DNA from: Catajapyx aquilonaris | Taxonomy: Eukaryota | Assembly: GCA_000934665.2 (NCBI GenBank) | Contig: KZ538107.1 | Location: forward strand, 62,001 to 126,000 | Direction of reading: 5' to 3' | DNA: 64,000 bases | Notes under the pieces: generated by a model | What the model was told of the DNA's origin: nothing | Seen by the model: the letters and a program-made list of their open reading frames with translations, nothing else | Database searches by the model: none | Program-made: the position numbers and the translations under genes | Part shown: one piece after another, positions 1 through 15,422 of the stretch | How the letters are laid out: every line of letters starts with the position of its first letter | Position numbering within the stretch: the stretch's first letter is position 1

Positions 1-388
1 TTTCACCACACACGATCAGGCAACTCAAACATATGGTGTTGTAGACTGTTTCTTATTTCTTTTCTCACTCTACCCTTGTCGTTTTTTTTTACACGGCAGT
101 TAAAGTACACAAAACAGCTTGAAAGGAGTAATCTCAGCAGGTGAGAAAAAGCCTGGGGGACATTCACCTGCCACTGAAAAAATGAAGAAAAGACTCGTAC
201 GGAGACTCACGAGTACCGGACACCGACATTTAAAAAAAGAGATGGGAAAAAAATCCTCCGGGGCACATTCCCCAGACTTTGACCCTCGTGACGGCCCCGG
301 GGCCAAAAAATCTTCGGGGCCAGATGACAATTGAAAAGTAGCTTTGCCCTGCCTTTGGACAGCAGACGCCGCCTAACTCACTTTATAT

Positions 389-429
389 ACACACGCACAC
401 TCAGCTTCACACACACACACACGCACGCA
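389..429. repeat. Imperfect (CA)n/(CACG)n microsatellite
   Basis: acacacgcacac...cacacacacacacacgcacgca seen directly. Confidence 0.8.
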
Positions 430-2730
430 TGCCTTTCTCCATGTATCTAATCGTGCTTTTGTGGGACATGACAAGCTCGACTTGAAGGCTGTCGAAAAGA
501 ATTGGGATTGGCCCAAGGCAATAGCGCTGACAACACCATGTCTTCGACTCCTATTCATTGTTCTGTCGAGATTCGTAATCAGGGGATATGTCCAATTGTT
601 TCGTGTTACGAGCGTCGAAAGCTGCCGAGTATACGTAATTACGTGTCATTGACAATTTAGGGCAATTAAGAGAGTCGTGGTTCCCAATGATGCCTAAATC
701 AGTCTTTTTGCAAGCGTACTAGTTTTTTTTCCAGCAACTGTCATTTTCATAGATCAGGAGCTCTTTTCGTCTGGTGGAGTTGAAACAATTTTGCAAACTC
801 GAATCAGTGAAGCTGAACCATTTCCTTGGCAACACGCTGAAACTTGCGCAGTTGTATAAGCTTACGCTATGAGTTATACACGTGAAACTTCCTTTGGACG
901 GAGGCGCGATGCATCTCGCATTATCTGACAAAGTAAGCCCTGCAGAGCGCTAAAGACTGTAGCAAACCTGTTCATGATTGTGCACTGCCACTGCATCCCA
1001 AAAGCACAGCACAAGCAACAAATTCTCTCTCTATGCCCCCCAACTCTTGGATATTACACCAAACTGCATATTTCCTGCAAAGTTTACTAGTCCTCTCTAG
1101 AGTCACAATTATAACCAAGTACTTGACCATTTCGACTGTTAAATTAAAATGGATGTCTCAAAATGCAATCCAAGTGGACCGAAATGAATGCGTTTAAAAC
1201 TCCAATATGTATAAGTTATCCAAACCGTCAGGCCCCCCTGGGAGAAAAAGGCACACATTTAAGGTGTCAAATAATTTGTAGCCACCATTTAGGTGATTGG
1301 ACCATCAATTTTCGAAAAGCGAGGCTGTTTTAATGTGAAAAGCATCACGCGCAAAGCAAGATTTCAGACTCCCTAAGGCGCCCCAATAATCCAAACATGA
1401 GTGATGCCTCTAAATCTCAACAAATCAGCACAACTACTGATAATCAACGCAATTGTTGAGAATCTAAATAAATAAAAGTTTTAAATGAGAAGGTGGGTGA
1501 AATCTAGTTTGATCTTTAAAAAAAAAAGGTGGCAGCAGGTTTGAAACTGGACCTCATGAACATTCATGGTCTCCACGTGATACTTGCAGGGCTTGATTAC
1601 TCCTTGTGCTCAACCCCCCAGAAACATGACACGATAAAGAGCAACCTTGCCGATTGTACCGTTTTATCATTTTCTTTTTATGTCTTCCTCCTCCTCTTGC
1701 ATATTTACGATCCTGAAACGGAAGCTCATAGCTGGAAGGCGGGATTGCAATTAAAAAATTATTTTGGTAATCACTTAACAGGCGTGTCCACGGAAAAGTG
1801 CCTTCCCATGTACACATCCCTGATGAAAGATAAGCATTTTTTGAAATAAAGAACCCCATTTGTTAGCAACCAAATTCCTCACGCAGTTTCATGCAGCAGC
1901 CCTATTATATCAGTACGTAACTTAGTCTTAAATTATGAGTCCTAAACGAGAGCTGCTGAGTGCCCATCGGATTGGGCCCCTACCACACCAAAACCGGCCA
2001 TATGCAACACGCCAACACGTGCCATCTAACCCCCGTCATTCATTTTCCCAGCCTGCAGCGACCACCTATTTCACGCTAGTCCTTTAAAAAAATATATGAC
2101 TGACGCTTTAGGAGATGGTGCTAAAAAAAACCGCGAATCCCGATAGCACTCAGGTTTCTTAGGATTTCCGGCTATCTCCTGTCTGGTGCGATATGGAGAC
2201 CAAAAATACGCAACCTGAGGCGCCCGGGAAAGGATCACATGTTTCAAAAGTGCCACTTCAACTACTTGGCCCAGAGTTTTTTTTTCTTATTTTTTTAAGT
2301 TGTTGTATAAGAGGTCGATGAGCAGTGCTGAAATGGTGATAAACTGGACTTCACGGAAGTGGTGACGTCAAAGGTGCGATAACTTCCGCGTCCTGTAATC
2401 AGAGTTGAATTTCTTTGGCGAGACAACTCCCACGTCATGGGGTATTAATTTACACGTGAAATCAAAGCCCTCAGCTCAACAGTAGACTTTGGATTGTGCT
2501 CAGAAGCAGTTTCAGACCGACAGCTTTTTTTTTTTTGTTCCATTGATAAGCATACAGTGTATGGTGATATACTAACCCTTTTATAACGAAGTGTGTTGTT
2601 AATTGTTGATGGACTCAAAGGTCATAGTGTTACTCTTGGCAAATGGTCACAATGATGTCACATCCCAGATATAGCCATTCAAAGTAGTAAATTAATATTC
2701 CTTTAATTATACTTTATGATTACAGNTTTT

Positions 2731-2894
2731 GCCCCAGGGCCCCCAAGAGTCTTGTTACGCCCCTGTCCCCCTCCCCTCTCCGACTCGAATACTGTTATGA
2801 TACGTCAAAAAAGTCTTACAATAGGTTACAATATTATGAAACGGACCGATCGGCCATGGGCCCCCCCCGAAAAAATTTCCTGCCTACGCCACTG
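2731..2894 (-). mobile_element. Two orphan termini of hAT-like non-autonomous DNA elements
   Basis: Reverse complements read CAGGGGCGTAAC... (ending 2765) and CAGTGGCGTAGG... (ending 2894), each next to a C/G-rich run; the same terminus type occurs at 56010. Superfamily inferred from the CAG-starting terminus only. Confidence 0.4.
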
Positions 2895-5800
2895 ATTACA
2901 GGTGGCGTTTGAAGTATGGCAACCATGGTGGTAACATGACCCAAACTTGCCATTAGCCGATTTGAACCATACAAGGTCATTATAGCAAACTGCATACAGG
3001 CTTCATTGTTCAACGATGCAATTGCCATATGAATAAAATGTAGACCACGAAGAGCTAGTTCACCCATATTTTTTATTCATCCCTGTATTTTACTATCTAT
3101 TAATATGCTTAAGTGACAGAAATGAGACAGGTATACTGCATTCTTATGTAAAAATCCATATCAGTATGCTTCCCACTCAGTTCTAAAAATAGCTATCAAG
3201 GAGCGGCCATAATTATTTTAAAAATATATGAGCCCATAACAGCTTGCTAGAAAAAATTAACACACCCCATTGTAATAACTTCCAAACCCACATTTTTTTT
3301 TGTAGGTCAATCATATAGAATTTGACCAGCGCGTTGCACATCCGGACCATGTGGATGCTTGTGACTCTCCCACATCGTATTCGACCGCCATTTTCTATAT
3401 TCCCAGTCATGTCCGCACGCAGAGCTGAATACAAATCTGGCGTGATTTACAGGTTGAATATTGGCTGCCAGCATCCCTCCCACATATCACCTGCCTGTAT
3501 AATGACTTTCACGGCAGTGCAACTACGTTTCTACCTCCCCCGACTTTAGGCACCATGCAGGTGCACGAACTTGCCAGAAATAGACCATGCAACTCGTATA
3601 GTCAATGGTACATGGGTTCGTTAGATGAATCTAAATCTCGCTTGTAGTCAATGCTCGCTTTGAGGTGACACGTTCAAAGTCACTGGGGAGATTCTACGGG
3701 GGGTTTGTCGGCTCGATAATCATTTCTGTCCGTATACTATGTCTGTACAGTGTGTTCCAACAAAATTATGGAGGTGTACTGCTCTAGTGAATTATTCAAA
3801 CTTTGGAACTGTCGCTTTTTATTAGCTTGCTATTTACAGATAAGGCGAGAAAAATATTAGTTCTGATATCAGAATGAATGGGAGCATATTATTTGAGAGC
3901 ATGGATTAATAGTAATTTATGGGCTCAGATATTGGCAATGACCCCACATGGCGTTCTAGATAAAGGGTTGAATCTCTTTATTCCAGGATTCCTGGTAATT
4001 CAAGCTAATCATAACAGAAATTTTTTCTGTCAATATAGGGTGTAACTATATGTAATAATAAGCAGCTTACGGCAGGTTGTACGAAATTGAATTAGGAAAA
4101 TCTCCGATTACATTTTGTTCACAATACATAATAAGCGATTTTCTCCTTAATTTGAGCTCTTAAGTGTCCAAATTAGAAACAAATGCTGTATGACAATTTA
4201 TCTGGTCTATTTTGAGCTGATGAGCCAATGCAATAACAAGTGCTGCCATAGTCAGCAGAAGCCTAGTGTACGTACTTTACACAGCTGTAAGTGTACGCAG
4301 GATCCGTATAAGTTTACAACATACAACATTAATCCGCCGCTCTGAACAATGCCTCCAGAAGTTTGCAAGCGAGCAGAAACAGCTCAGTATTCTCTTTCCT
4401 GAAGTACATAGTTTGCAATAAATTGCTATACCCTGCGTACTACTACGAAAAAAGAGACTACGATAGTCCTTAACGCAGGTGAAACATTCCATGCACAGTA
4501 CAGTGCAATGTACACAACCCTACAGCTTCCCCTTACAGGTTAGCTAATAGTAAAGGATAAACCTCAATTCGCTCGGTTGCACCTTAGTTACACATGCCTT
4601 TAAGCACTCTGTAGCACCAGTACGAAGTCTAGGACATACCAACTTTATAGCAACCCGACAGCACCAGGTCGAAGCTGAAAGTGGAATCGATCTTGAGATG
4701 AAGTGGCATTTACGATTGCGGCATTTCAGGACCTGGCATTTGACCTAAAAGGTCTCAATGTTGCCAACTGAAGTGGACGACCACTTTTTCAAACTGTTTA
4801 CATTCCAGGTCCTATAAGAAGTAAAGAAGAAGAAGAAGAAAAAAAGAGAGAAAGCGCGGGGGCAAAATGGTAAACACGAGGAGGCCCTGGTCCAGTCTGG
4901 CGGTCAGCAACCCTTCTTCTTGGATGAAGGTCGGCCCGATTCGGGGTCGGAGGTCAACAATCTTTGTGTAGCATGCCCCAGAGATAAACCGGATTTCCTG
5001 CATTTTTTTAAAGTCCCTCCCTTTCCTTCTTACTTAATTTGTTTTCGCCCGCTCAATTTACATAATTCCACCGCGGCATGGAAAATGTCAAAAAAGTTCA
5101 CAACTTTTTGGGGACGCCGCATACAACAAAAAAAAAAGTACAAGGTTGCTCAGATTCGGACGACGCAGGACATCCATCATCATTTTTTTTGTTCCCTGTG
5201 TTTCCAACTCTCGGCCTAGTCATGAAGCCAACATGAAGCATTTTAAACAGAAGCATACGTGGCACCAGTTTGAGGGTACAGGAAGAGGAAAAAGGAAGTC
5301 TTGGAGACTAGTATTTAGGACAATGCTTAATGTTATCTGTAGTACAAATGAATCCTCACTATGGAAGTGCTTTTCTTCCAGACATGGCAACTAAGGACTT
5401 TTTTTTATATACTATAGGTATGCACCCCATGCTGCCCCAACAGAGCAAAGGTAAGGCTTTAAAAAGGGGGAAAAAACAGGAGGCCTTTAATTAAACGCTT
5501 CCATGAATGATTCGGCTTTTATCAGAACCTGCGTCGTGGATAGTTAGAAGAAAAAATTGTGGCTGCAAAAATGTGCGTGCACGACGTGGTCGCGTCATCG
5601 AGTCATAAGTCAACGGTGAGTCTGATTATTTTCAACCCCCCCCCCCCCCCCATGTTTCGTAGGTACACTACCAGGGAACGGTTTTCTAAACAGTAATAAA
5701 TAAGGGATAAACCGCCCACTGCGATCAGCTACCTAAAATAAATAGGCCCTTTGGAGCATGGGCCGAAAATTTTGGAGCTTGAGGTAATTAAATTGGAGGG

Positions 5801-8273
5801 TGGAAAGCCCCCCCATGTAGCTATTGCAATATGTAAGGCTTGAGCTGCCAACTGTCAGCGAGACTTCCCAAAAACCTGTGGTGGTATTGCAACACAGTGT
5901 AACTCAAGACACCGAGATATTGCATTGTGCAATTTTCTAATACAACCATATAACTTATATTTCTATAATATATTATATAACCTGTTTCCACTATAGCTCA
6001 GTCTTGCTTGTAGTATATACCAGATGACCCCATGACATGCCCTCTTTTTTTTGTCGTTTAAAGAAAAGTGCTCGTAACCTGAGTTTGTGCGCATTGCAAG
6101 AATGCAAGCAGGCTTTTACACACATAGCCAGCCAGCAACTGGTGTGAAAGCTTTAACGCCTTATGTTCAGTTCAGGAATGCACACAAACTGAAGTTACGA
6201 GGACTTTTTTTAAAGCGGCACAAAATGATAGGATGTGGTCTAACATGTGATATAAACCTGGTTATCAATATTTATCACCCTGCATCCCGATGAAACGAGA
6301 ACTTTAATCATATTTAAGACCTCACACAATTCCCATACTCGCAACTTTTATTGGCCATCCTTAAGAAAAAAAAGAGGTTTTGCGCTAAGGAATTCTTAAT
6401 TCTAAAATCCAAATGGATTCCAAATGGAGTAGATCTGACGTCAGAAGAGGAGGTAGGTTACCCGGGGCGCAGATTTTATTTCCAAAGGCACTCAGATGTG
6501 AAATGAAACGTTCCACTGCGAGACGGCCAAGCGGGCAAAAGCGAGTAGTTAAAAGAGGGTCGTGGTTGTAAATTTTCTCCCTATTTTCTCTACGATACGT
6601 TACTACGAGTGCGAGAGAGATGGAGAAGTTGCTGGCAATAAAGTTAAGAACGTAGAAGGCCTGAAATTGGCCTCTATCTGATGGTCATTGAGCTCTTCCG
6701 AATAACAATCTGATTGCCCTCAGGAGGGATAGGGTCACCTGTCATATCACGAACAGAATGAATGGATTGCATTTTTTTTTTGTGGGAGCAGGTATATGTG
6801 GTGTACTGTGTTCAATTGGACTCGAGGCATTTTTGATAAGTTGAAGTCAGATACAGCCTAAATCGCGATGATGCGAAAATCAATCTGCACAGTACATGAA
6901 ATGCGATTCGGACCGTCTCTCGTGGTAATGCAATAAATTCATATAGCCCGCACAGACTAGGGATATAATGGCATTACACGAGCCGCAACCCACCACCCTT
7001 CCTCTCCCCATCCATACCCCTCCATGTCCCCCCCACAAAACGTGGGAATGACAATGTGGAGCTATTGAAGATGCGTACTTTGATGACATAAAATGCCACA
7101 GTTCGCCAGTACTATATTTCAAACACGGTTTTACACTTGGTTCTATTAGGCTGTACCGCAACATAATAGTGCAACTGCAAAATTAGGGTGAGGTTAATGC
7201 ACAAAAAATATTGATATGAAGACCTGAAATGCAGAATGATCAGGTTGCGGTTGGTTCAAATATATATTTATCGAAAATGGTCGAGTCAGTTTTACGATAG
7301 GCCTAATCGTCAAACTTCAGTCAAATGCGAGTCTGATCGTTCTGCATTTCAGGTCTTCATATATGTCAAAAAGCCTTCCTCTGGCAGGAATGACAGCGCG
7401 TCGCAAATATGTCACATCAGGGTACTTAACAATTCGGCACATAATATTGGCACCGGTTTTTCAACCACTGGTATACCCGCGTTGCTATATTGATTGAACC
7501 GTTTCGCATGCAACATTCCGCCTGATGCAATTATACCCGAATTAACATTCCCAAACCTATGCAAATCCAGTGCTTCCCATGACCAAAAACAATGTCAAAA
7601 AAATGAAACTTTAAAAAAAACCGACCTGAGACTGCTCGCCTGTTTCTGGTGACATTGGGACCACTTTTCACCCAAGTGGCCATAGCCAGCAGGATGAAAA
7701 AGGTCCGAAGGGCATTCCATTTCATGGTGACAGGTCCCGAATGGACGCCGAAGGTCGCTAAATTCATGTCTGCACTACAGGCCATATGGACCTATGGAGG
7801 GCAAAGCCTCCATGTCTTCCGTTGCGAAAAAGAAGCACGCGCACTATGGCTCAATTGTTCCTAAGTCCGACTGCCCGCTTCTTTTGACCTCCTCCGATGC
7901 CCTCGACACCGGCACTGATCCATTCAAGTCTGGCGGGAAGGATCAAGAAGTGGAGGAACTTAAAAAAAAAAAAAAAATAGGGCTGGAGTCGCCTTGAGCA
8001 CTTTGGTGCCGGTTGGTGGTGGTGGTTGGGGTGCTTGTTGCCCTTCTTGGAAGACTGAGGAAGCAGGCGACATCTTTCGTTCAACACTACAAGTCAAAAT
8101 TGGTCTGGATGAATCGCAAGGGAAACATCATATTCTACATACCCTGATGTTATGTTGGCATTTTTGTTTAAATTATTTTCCGTTTGGATTAGGTCATATT
8201 GTGATGAGGTATATTTTGGGCATCCAGCTTCATTTATAGGAAATGTCAACCGGATTTGATGTTTTTGCAATAT

Positions 8274-8635
8274 TTATTTATTTAGTTTACCCCGTGATGA
8301 CCCTTACGGGTGCTATAGGGGGGTGGCATACCACCATCAGTTTTCTGTATATATTTTCTGCTTCATTCACCGGTGCAAGGAAACAGGGACAATGGGAAAG
8401 GATAGGGATTTTTGGGGAGGGAACATGGGTGCAAGGTGCAATGTCGTAGCTAATGGGTCATGTGCTGTTCCCCAGGAGGTTAGGTTGCCAGTCACCTGAG
8501 CCTTGGTGCAGGTCAGACACAGGTGACGCAGGCCTGACGCAGGTGAAAGGAAAGTTCCCCAGGCGGGGATCGAACCTGGGACCTTTCACTCAGCAAGCCG
8601 AGACGTTACCATCTCGGCCATCTACACCTCCCCGG
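8274..8635 (-). mobile_element. Full-length tRNA-derived SINE (family A)
   Basis: Minus strand has A box TGGCCGAGATGG, B box GGTTCGATCCC and a (TAAA)n tail; flanked by the 11-bp direct repeat TTTTGCAATAT at 8263-8273 and 8636-8646 (TSD). Confidence 0.88.
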
Positions 8636-9247
8636 TTTTGCAATATAAAACTCTGATGCGAATTTAAACCTTATTGTAAAAACCACATTTTTTTTGTTCA
8701 TTTTTTGTGTGGGCGCCATCCACCAGGAAGGACATGCATTCCCTGAGGGACCATATGTCAAGTAGGCTTACTAGGCTGCACTGTACAATATGGGGACAAT
8801 CTCATCCAAAATGCTTCAAGTTTTATAATACGGTACGTTGCTCCCAAGGTGTTGAAGTGGAACCAACAACATCCTTGTGATGTTATGGTCCCAAAGTTGA
8901 GCGTCATCTTGCTGCTGAATAGTTCCACATGACTTTTCGATCAACAATGATGCTGTGATTTCACACTCAGAAAAGGTGTGTGTATTTCATAAGCACGGAA
9001 CTGTAACTGACGCGATTTTGTAAGGTAATGCAATGTCAAAAATTCTTGCTTTTGTTACTTGTTCGTTTATATTGATGTAACAGCATAACGAGCTTCGTCA
9101 TAACTCAGGGCGTTCACTGTAATTTTATTCGCTGTATCTAATGTTTAGACTATTAAACGCCAGTGTTCAACAGAATAATGGGAGCATGGAGCTCTCACAG
9201 AAGCATATTGTTTTAGGCAAGTTGTAAACCATTTCAGAGAGCTATTA

Positions 9248-9294
9248 GGGCCATTCATGAAGTACGTCATGCTGATTTTCGGCCTTTTTGACCC
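9248..9294 (+). mobile_element. Fragment of PIF/Harbinger-like MITE terminus
   Basis: TTA-GGGCCATTCATGAAGTACGTCA...GATTTTCGGCCTTTTTGACCC resembles the left end of the intact element at 61878 (GATTTTTGGCCACTTTTTGACCC). Confidence 0.45.
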
Positions 9295-12200
9295 TTCTAC
9301 TGTTACCATGCTGCACAGACCCCTTGATTGAAACTTACTTTCAGTCAAGTTATTGCATCAGTTTTACATAAGTTATAAATATTTAGCGATAATATTCTTT
9401 TCTTAGAAACGTCCCATTGCTAGATGAGACATACCAATATCGCAAAATAAACGTACCCGAGGCCATTTTTAAACCGTCAGAATTCCCAGTAAGGTCTATG
9501 AACTTTTCTATTATCAGGCCTCAATCCTTGATTCTTATATATAGAGCTTGGATTGCAGGTGCTAGGCTAAGCATATACAACTGTACAGTGTACAGTATAC
9601 ATAAACCGACAAACATCAACCATCTTTGATGCAGAACTCCATAATATTGAGCGATATTGAGGTTGTTTAATATTGCAAATTGTCCCCTTAAAAAGGGTTC
9701 CGACCTCTAACTGGGTATAAAGTAAGGAAGGAAAGAAAATGTGAAATAAAACAATACATACATACAGTACTGTACATAACTTACATAAATAAAAAATATT
9801 ATAATTGCAGATCGTGTTCAAATATAATTTTATAAAAGAAAATGTGACACTTCAGTCATAATAAATGGGAAAAAATACATAGGCCTATAACCTGATTACA
9901 AATTGTTTCTTTCTCAATCGAAACATGATGACACTCGAGTCCGTGGTGGGAATCGGAACGAATCTTTCGCCAAAGAGTGATGAAATAAATCAATGCAGCT
10001 TTCTTAAGGGGCACACTCCCTCTAGACTTCACATACACTCCCGGCAGCACCGGCAATATTTTATAATAGTGGTACTTATAAGCATCATCCAATATAGATT
10101 CAGTCGTCATCAAAAATTTCCAGATAGCATTTGAAGACTTGAATTGCAAGACAGTCAGTCACATTTTATTACTTATAGTTAGGAATTGTTTAATTCAGTT
10201 CTTGATTCGTACTTTCTGATGGTCAGTTCCGTTTTCTGCTATAGATCAATAACAGTCAACTAGAGAAATGTCTTAAAACAAATTATTCTATATAAATGAG
10301 GACGTAATGCGATTTAAAACTTCAAAGCTTCATACTTCAAAATCAATTGTGACATTGTTCTGCATTTCAGGTGGTCTTCAGTAAACTTATTGTGTTGCAA
10401 TATTCGAGTGCGATGTCTTGGTACGTCCGGCAATGCACTATGCCTTTTCCCTGTCCCATTTAGACGAAACTCATACTGTGCAGAAAATAACAACACATCG
10501 CTTAAGATACACGTATCGTATCAGTTATAAAAACTAGTACGCACCACACGTCACGCAGTAAGCAAACTATTATCTGTTATGCTGAATTCGATATTAAACT
10601 GTAATATAGGCCTACCTATTCCATTGACGTCATCAGTAGGTAAAGCTAGGTCGACTGTGCAGTGTAAGGGCTTTCCAAAGTACGCAAATGAAACATCCAA
10701 AAGCTACGTGCGTGGTACAGTATAGTGGATCGTATATCCAAGTTTATACGTCTCCTAGCTGATCGATTAGTTAAGCTAATTAGGTATGGAGGTTGGCCGG
10801 CAGGTGAGGCAAGAGAAGGATTCAAATTACTAAGGTGACTATGGGATTCCTTATGGATTATACAGCCATTACACTGTATTTGTCCCGAAGCCTAAGACAG
10901 GTCCCACCCACCGCCTTATCTCACTCTGTATCCCCCACCGCCATAACTGAGTGCGATATGAATCTAACGTTAGATATATGGGAAAATTATCATATGTCTT
11001 TCCGAGCCTCATATGGCTACAAATTCTCACTTTAGGTGATCCGAAGTGGGCCGCATTCAGATAAGGTGGGTTGAATCTTCATTATGCTTCTGGACAGACA
11101 TATTGACACATAGGGATTCGCCGATTTAGTCCAGATAAAACTTGTCACACCACTACAGTTCCTGACTAACCGTTTTAATTCATACAATCAATGCATCATG
11201 TTGCCACGAGGCTAGTGTTGGTATCTAGAAAAGTGTCAGTCCAGGTGGCAGACGGCAAAACGTCACGCTACCTATTGTCACGCGACAATATATGCAAAAA
11301 TCAACCCCATCCCCAACTGAACAACATGATGGACAAGATCCCAAACTTACATTTTTGGCAGGCTTTCATAATTCCGTCTCCATCTCCCAATAAAAATAAT
11401 AATGAAGACCATTCATTGGGCAGGTTCAGTAATGATGCGTCCCCGTGTAATAGCAAGTACGAGCCCATGTACTACAATTATGTCAGATGACACCAAGCAC
11501 TTAGCGTGCATTTAAGCGGTACTTGATGCTGCAAAAGCGAGCAGATCGAGCGTAGACTCCGCATGAATGACATTAGTGCAAATAGTTGTGCTGGGAGGGC
11601 AGGCTATGAAGATGTGCTTGGGCCCCCCATTCCACCCTTTGTGAAGGAGGCCATTGGAAGGTCCATTGAAAGTCCGTTTTAGGGAGGGGAGGGGGAGGGT
11701 CTGCTAGGGGGATGCAGATGGCGCCCATCACCGCCATTCTTACAAGCGCTTTCCACCCCCACCAGCCAGAACCGCACATCTCTTTCATCCATATGCTCCA
11801 ATTCATCACACGCGCGCTGATTACACTCCCGAGCAATGGACCATCTGCACTAAGTGGTACCACTACTAGACTCACTTTGCAACTCGTCAACTTTGTTCCC
11901 AATTTACGTGGACATGTACGAGTGATTGTAAATTATTGTCCTATTAGGGAGACTGGAACTCGACAGAGTGACGGTTCTCATTATTTTAGAAGCTTTTTTG
12001 CATTTCGACAAGAATTGCTGCACCTGCATGTCCGCTTAATGCAGGCTGGCAGTGCATTTAAGGATAAGGTATGATTACACTTGCTATTTGACACTGTAAT
12101 ATCACAACATTCCGCACGTTCATATTACAACAGGTGAAAACTGTGGCGCTATGTGGAATTTGCAAAATTGGCAAAAATTGCTGTACATTTTATAGTAATA

Positions 12201-15200
12201 TGTTGAATTGACACGATCAGAAATTCCCCGTTCTTGCTATTGGCCCGTTTGAAAATGTGAGAAGCTATAGGGCCATATTTTTTTTTAAATAAAAAAAATT
12301 TGATTCGTTCATTCTGATAAGATTGCCTATATGTAAGGATCGTTTCGCACATGCAACACCTTCAACAGACTTGCCCAAGTGTGTAATCGCCCCTTCTAAA
12401 ATTCGTGCCTTGGAGCGTAATAAGCAGCACGTAGGCAAGCCTCGGAAGGAATTTTCGATCGTGACATCGTTCCTGGACGGAATTAAAAGATTTTTCATCG
12501 TACTCGCCTTCCAAATCCCGTCCGACAAGAACTCGTGAAAAGTGGATTCTCCACACCACGACAAAAATAGGGACCAACTCCTAGAACCCAAGTCGCACAA
12601 CGCAGAAAGAATTAGACTAGGGCATTAACATTGGACTAGGGTTCGTCACTTATCGACCAAATAGAGCAAGGGGGTCTAAAGTTCGATAAAGGTTTGGTGG
12701 GGTTGTTCACATCAACTGGAAAACTTCAGAGTAAAAAAAAAGCCGATAGGTTAAACGGGAGAAGTTCAAATAGGGGGTGGGGGGATGGGCCCAACGTTCA
12801 CCTAATCTGGAATCATCAACGTGAATAAATAATATCCTTCTCGGGATGGGACGAATAAATCATTCGCTTTGTATTCTCCCTACGATGAATGAGCACAAAA
12901 ATCAATATGCGAGAGTTTCCAACAATTAACTGTGTCCGCTGCAAAAATAGAGCAACCCTGAAAATAAAAAAAAAAGGTGAAAAATGTGTTGGATGGCATT
13001 TGAATCCATGCAACAAGAAGAAGAGAGATGGGTATAGAGGTGCTCTTTATGTCAAAGGGCTGTTGTGCATTAGCAGGGGGGCGGAGGGGAGCAGGGGAAA
13101 GAGGAGGGGCTGCTCGAAAGAATTTCTTTGAGAAATTACTCGCGTGGAGGACTCGATAGTGATGGATTCACATTTAATGGCATGCCTTGTGACCAGAATG
13201 ACATGGTGGTCATTGACTAGTGGAAAGAATGTGGCGCAATATATTACAGGAAAATTTGGGCCAATGGAATTCTGTTCAACGACATTTCAATATTTGACGA
13301 TGATACAGTACAGTATAATGTCAGGTACTACAATTTGGTGCATCTACCAGCTTATCATGTAATCTCTAGGATATACTTGCGCACATACTTTTAGAGACAC
13401 TATCGGAAAATTTGACGCACAGCATGGAACATCGGTAATACTCCTGGTATTACTGGGTATTAGCGTATCAACGGAGCGAGGTGGTCACTGACAATGTGTA
13501 CCATACAGGGACTGGCGTAACCATAACCTGAAGGTGCGGTTCTGTTAGTCGACATCCTGATGTGGTAAAATCAAATGAATTGCTGATTTAACTTCTAACA
13601 TACGATGGTGATGATTATACGCCCTAAAAATATTATTATACTCCCTAAAATATAATTCCTTCAACCAATTTTTTTTGCACCGTTTTGTACCTATGTAAGT
13701 CTATATAGCTATATTCCGCAGTGGATTGATTCCCATAAGGTGGTGTGTATATATCGAAGAGCGTGGGAGAGTAGGGGGAAAACCTTAATAAGGTCTCACT
13801 TGACTTTATTATAGCAAAACTTTAGTTGGCTCTATCACTGTTATCCAATGGTATCAAAAGCGGACCATTTCCGGTTACTAATAGCAACATGACGTGATCA
13901 GCCAGCCACTTTTTTGCTAATGGGGTAGACCGTGCGTTATTAGGAGAGTTGCTTACAGTTACAAATAATATTATCTAGAGCATGCAGCTGACGGGTTCCT
14001 GTCGCTAGGATACCTGTCATTAATTCAGTAAAAGGAACATCCATATTTTCCAGCTCACTTCCGTCTGGCGTTCCAAATACATGTCATTGATCTGTCAAGA
14101 GCAAAATCTCGGATTACTTTGGGAAGCAAAATTTTTATCGGATATTTATATGTTTGTGTCCATTTTATTCGCCGTGCTGTGCTACTTCAGTGGTCAGTTT
14201 TTTCTACATATCCTGCTTAAAAAAGAGGCTCATAATCAGCTATATAGGCCCACGTAAAATTCGAGATGAATATTATTTTCCAGGTAACTTTCATTCCCGA
14301 CGTTTGTCATGACATTTTTTTCAAAGGGCCTAATATTCAGTAGTAGTGGAAGCTAAAACCCGTATATCAGTATGATACGGGCTGTCACGTTGTTAAAATT
14401 AGCATAGGATGATCGATATAAGTTGAAAGTGACATCCACCCACGCAATGATTTTACCCCAAGTTCATATTAGAATGTCCACCGATAACATGTGACCGCCT
14501 ATGCATATTTTCATCATTCCAGTGCTTTCTAAAATCGAAAGCGAGTCTCATTTTTTCCCCCACTTCTAAGCACTCGCCCGACTTGGTGAAGTGTGAAACG
14601 GAGCCCAATTTTAGCTAGCTTAGCCCCTAAATCTGGTCAGGAGGCCTTTTCTCAACAAAAAAAAAATCTAGTTGAGAGCCCCACGTCGTACTGATAAATA
14701 TTTTGTTACGCACGTTTTAAGCAGGAAATCACTTGCCTGAATGCACTGCATGAAACTGTCAGGACTTATGTATAATTCTCCTTTTAATTCAACTCATCAT
14801 CATTAAAATATGAGCCAGAAACACTCTGCTCTGGAGTAGCACATACTAACATAATAGTCATACATTTCTTCGCACATATTTCGCACATACTGTATAACCT
14901 TTTATAACCGTAGGAGGGTACGTCCTATACACACGAGGAATATATCCCACGTAGAAATTAAAACCTGCGTGGGATTTTACTGCGCGAGTTGGGTGGGATG
15001 TACAGTACTCCTACACATGCAGTGAATGGTATACAGCATATTCCAGATTCACCTTTAACCTTTGAAAAGGACGTTCAAGGATTGCCTTCACCGTGGTACT
15101 CAGTAATTTTATTCTAAAGAGTATGTTTTAATCGTGTTGCACATAAAATAGTGAACCTCAGTTTATTCTTATTGATTTACTGATTTTTTTCAATGATAAA

Positions 15201-15422
15201 ATGCGATGTGCAATAATTGCAAAGATTATTATACCAGTATTATGCAGTATTATCACAAAAAATGATAAAAGAATGCTAATTATTCGATACTTTCTATTTA
15301 TTGGTGAAATCATACCCTAGACCGAAATGAAATAAATCGCATTAACATAATTATACACAAAGTTCATTTTGGCCATGCAGACTTGTTCTCGCAACTAATA
15401 AATGTAATAAATATTTCCCCTC

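Noticed and set aside
119..334. Lys/Gly-rich ORF
   Set aside because: Explained by three degenerate AAAAA(T/G)C(C/T)T..GGG(G)C motifs, probably subterminal repeats of an unidentified element.
10881..11095. Degenerate inverted repeat (also about 19402-19585)
   Set aside because: Arms too short and diverged to define boundaries or a TSD; probably old MITE debris.
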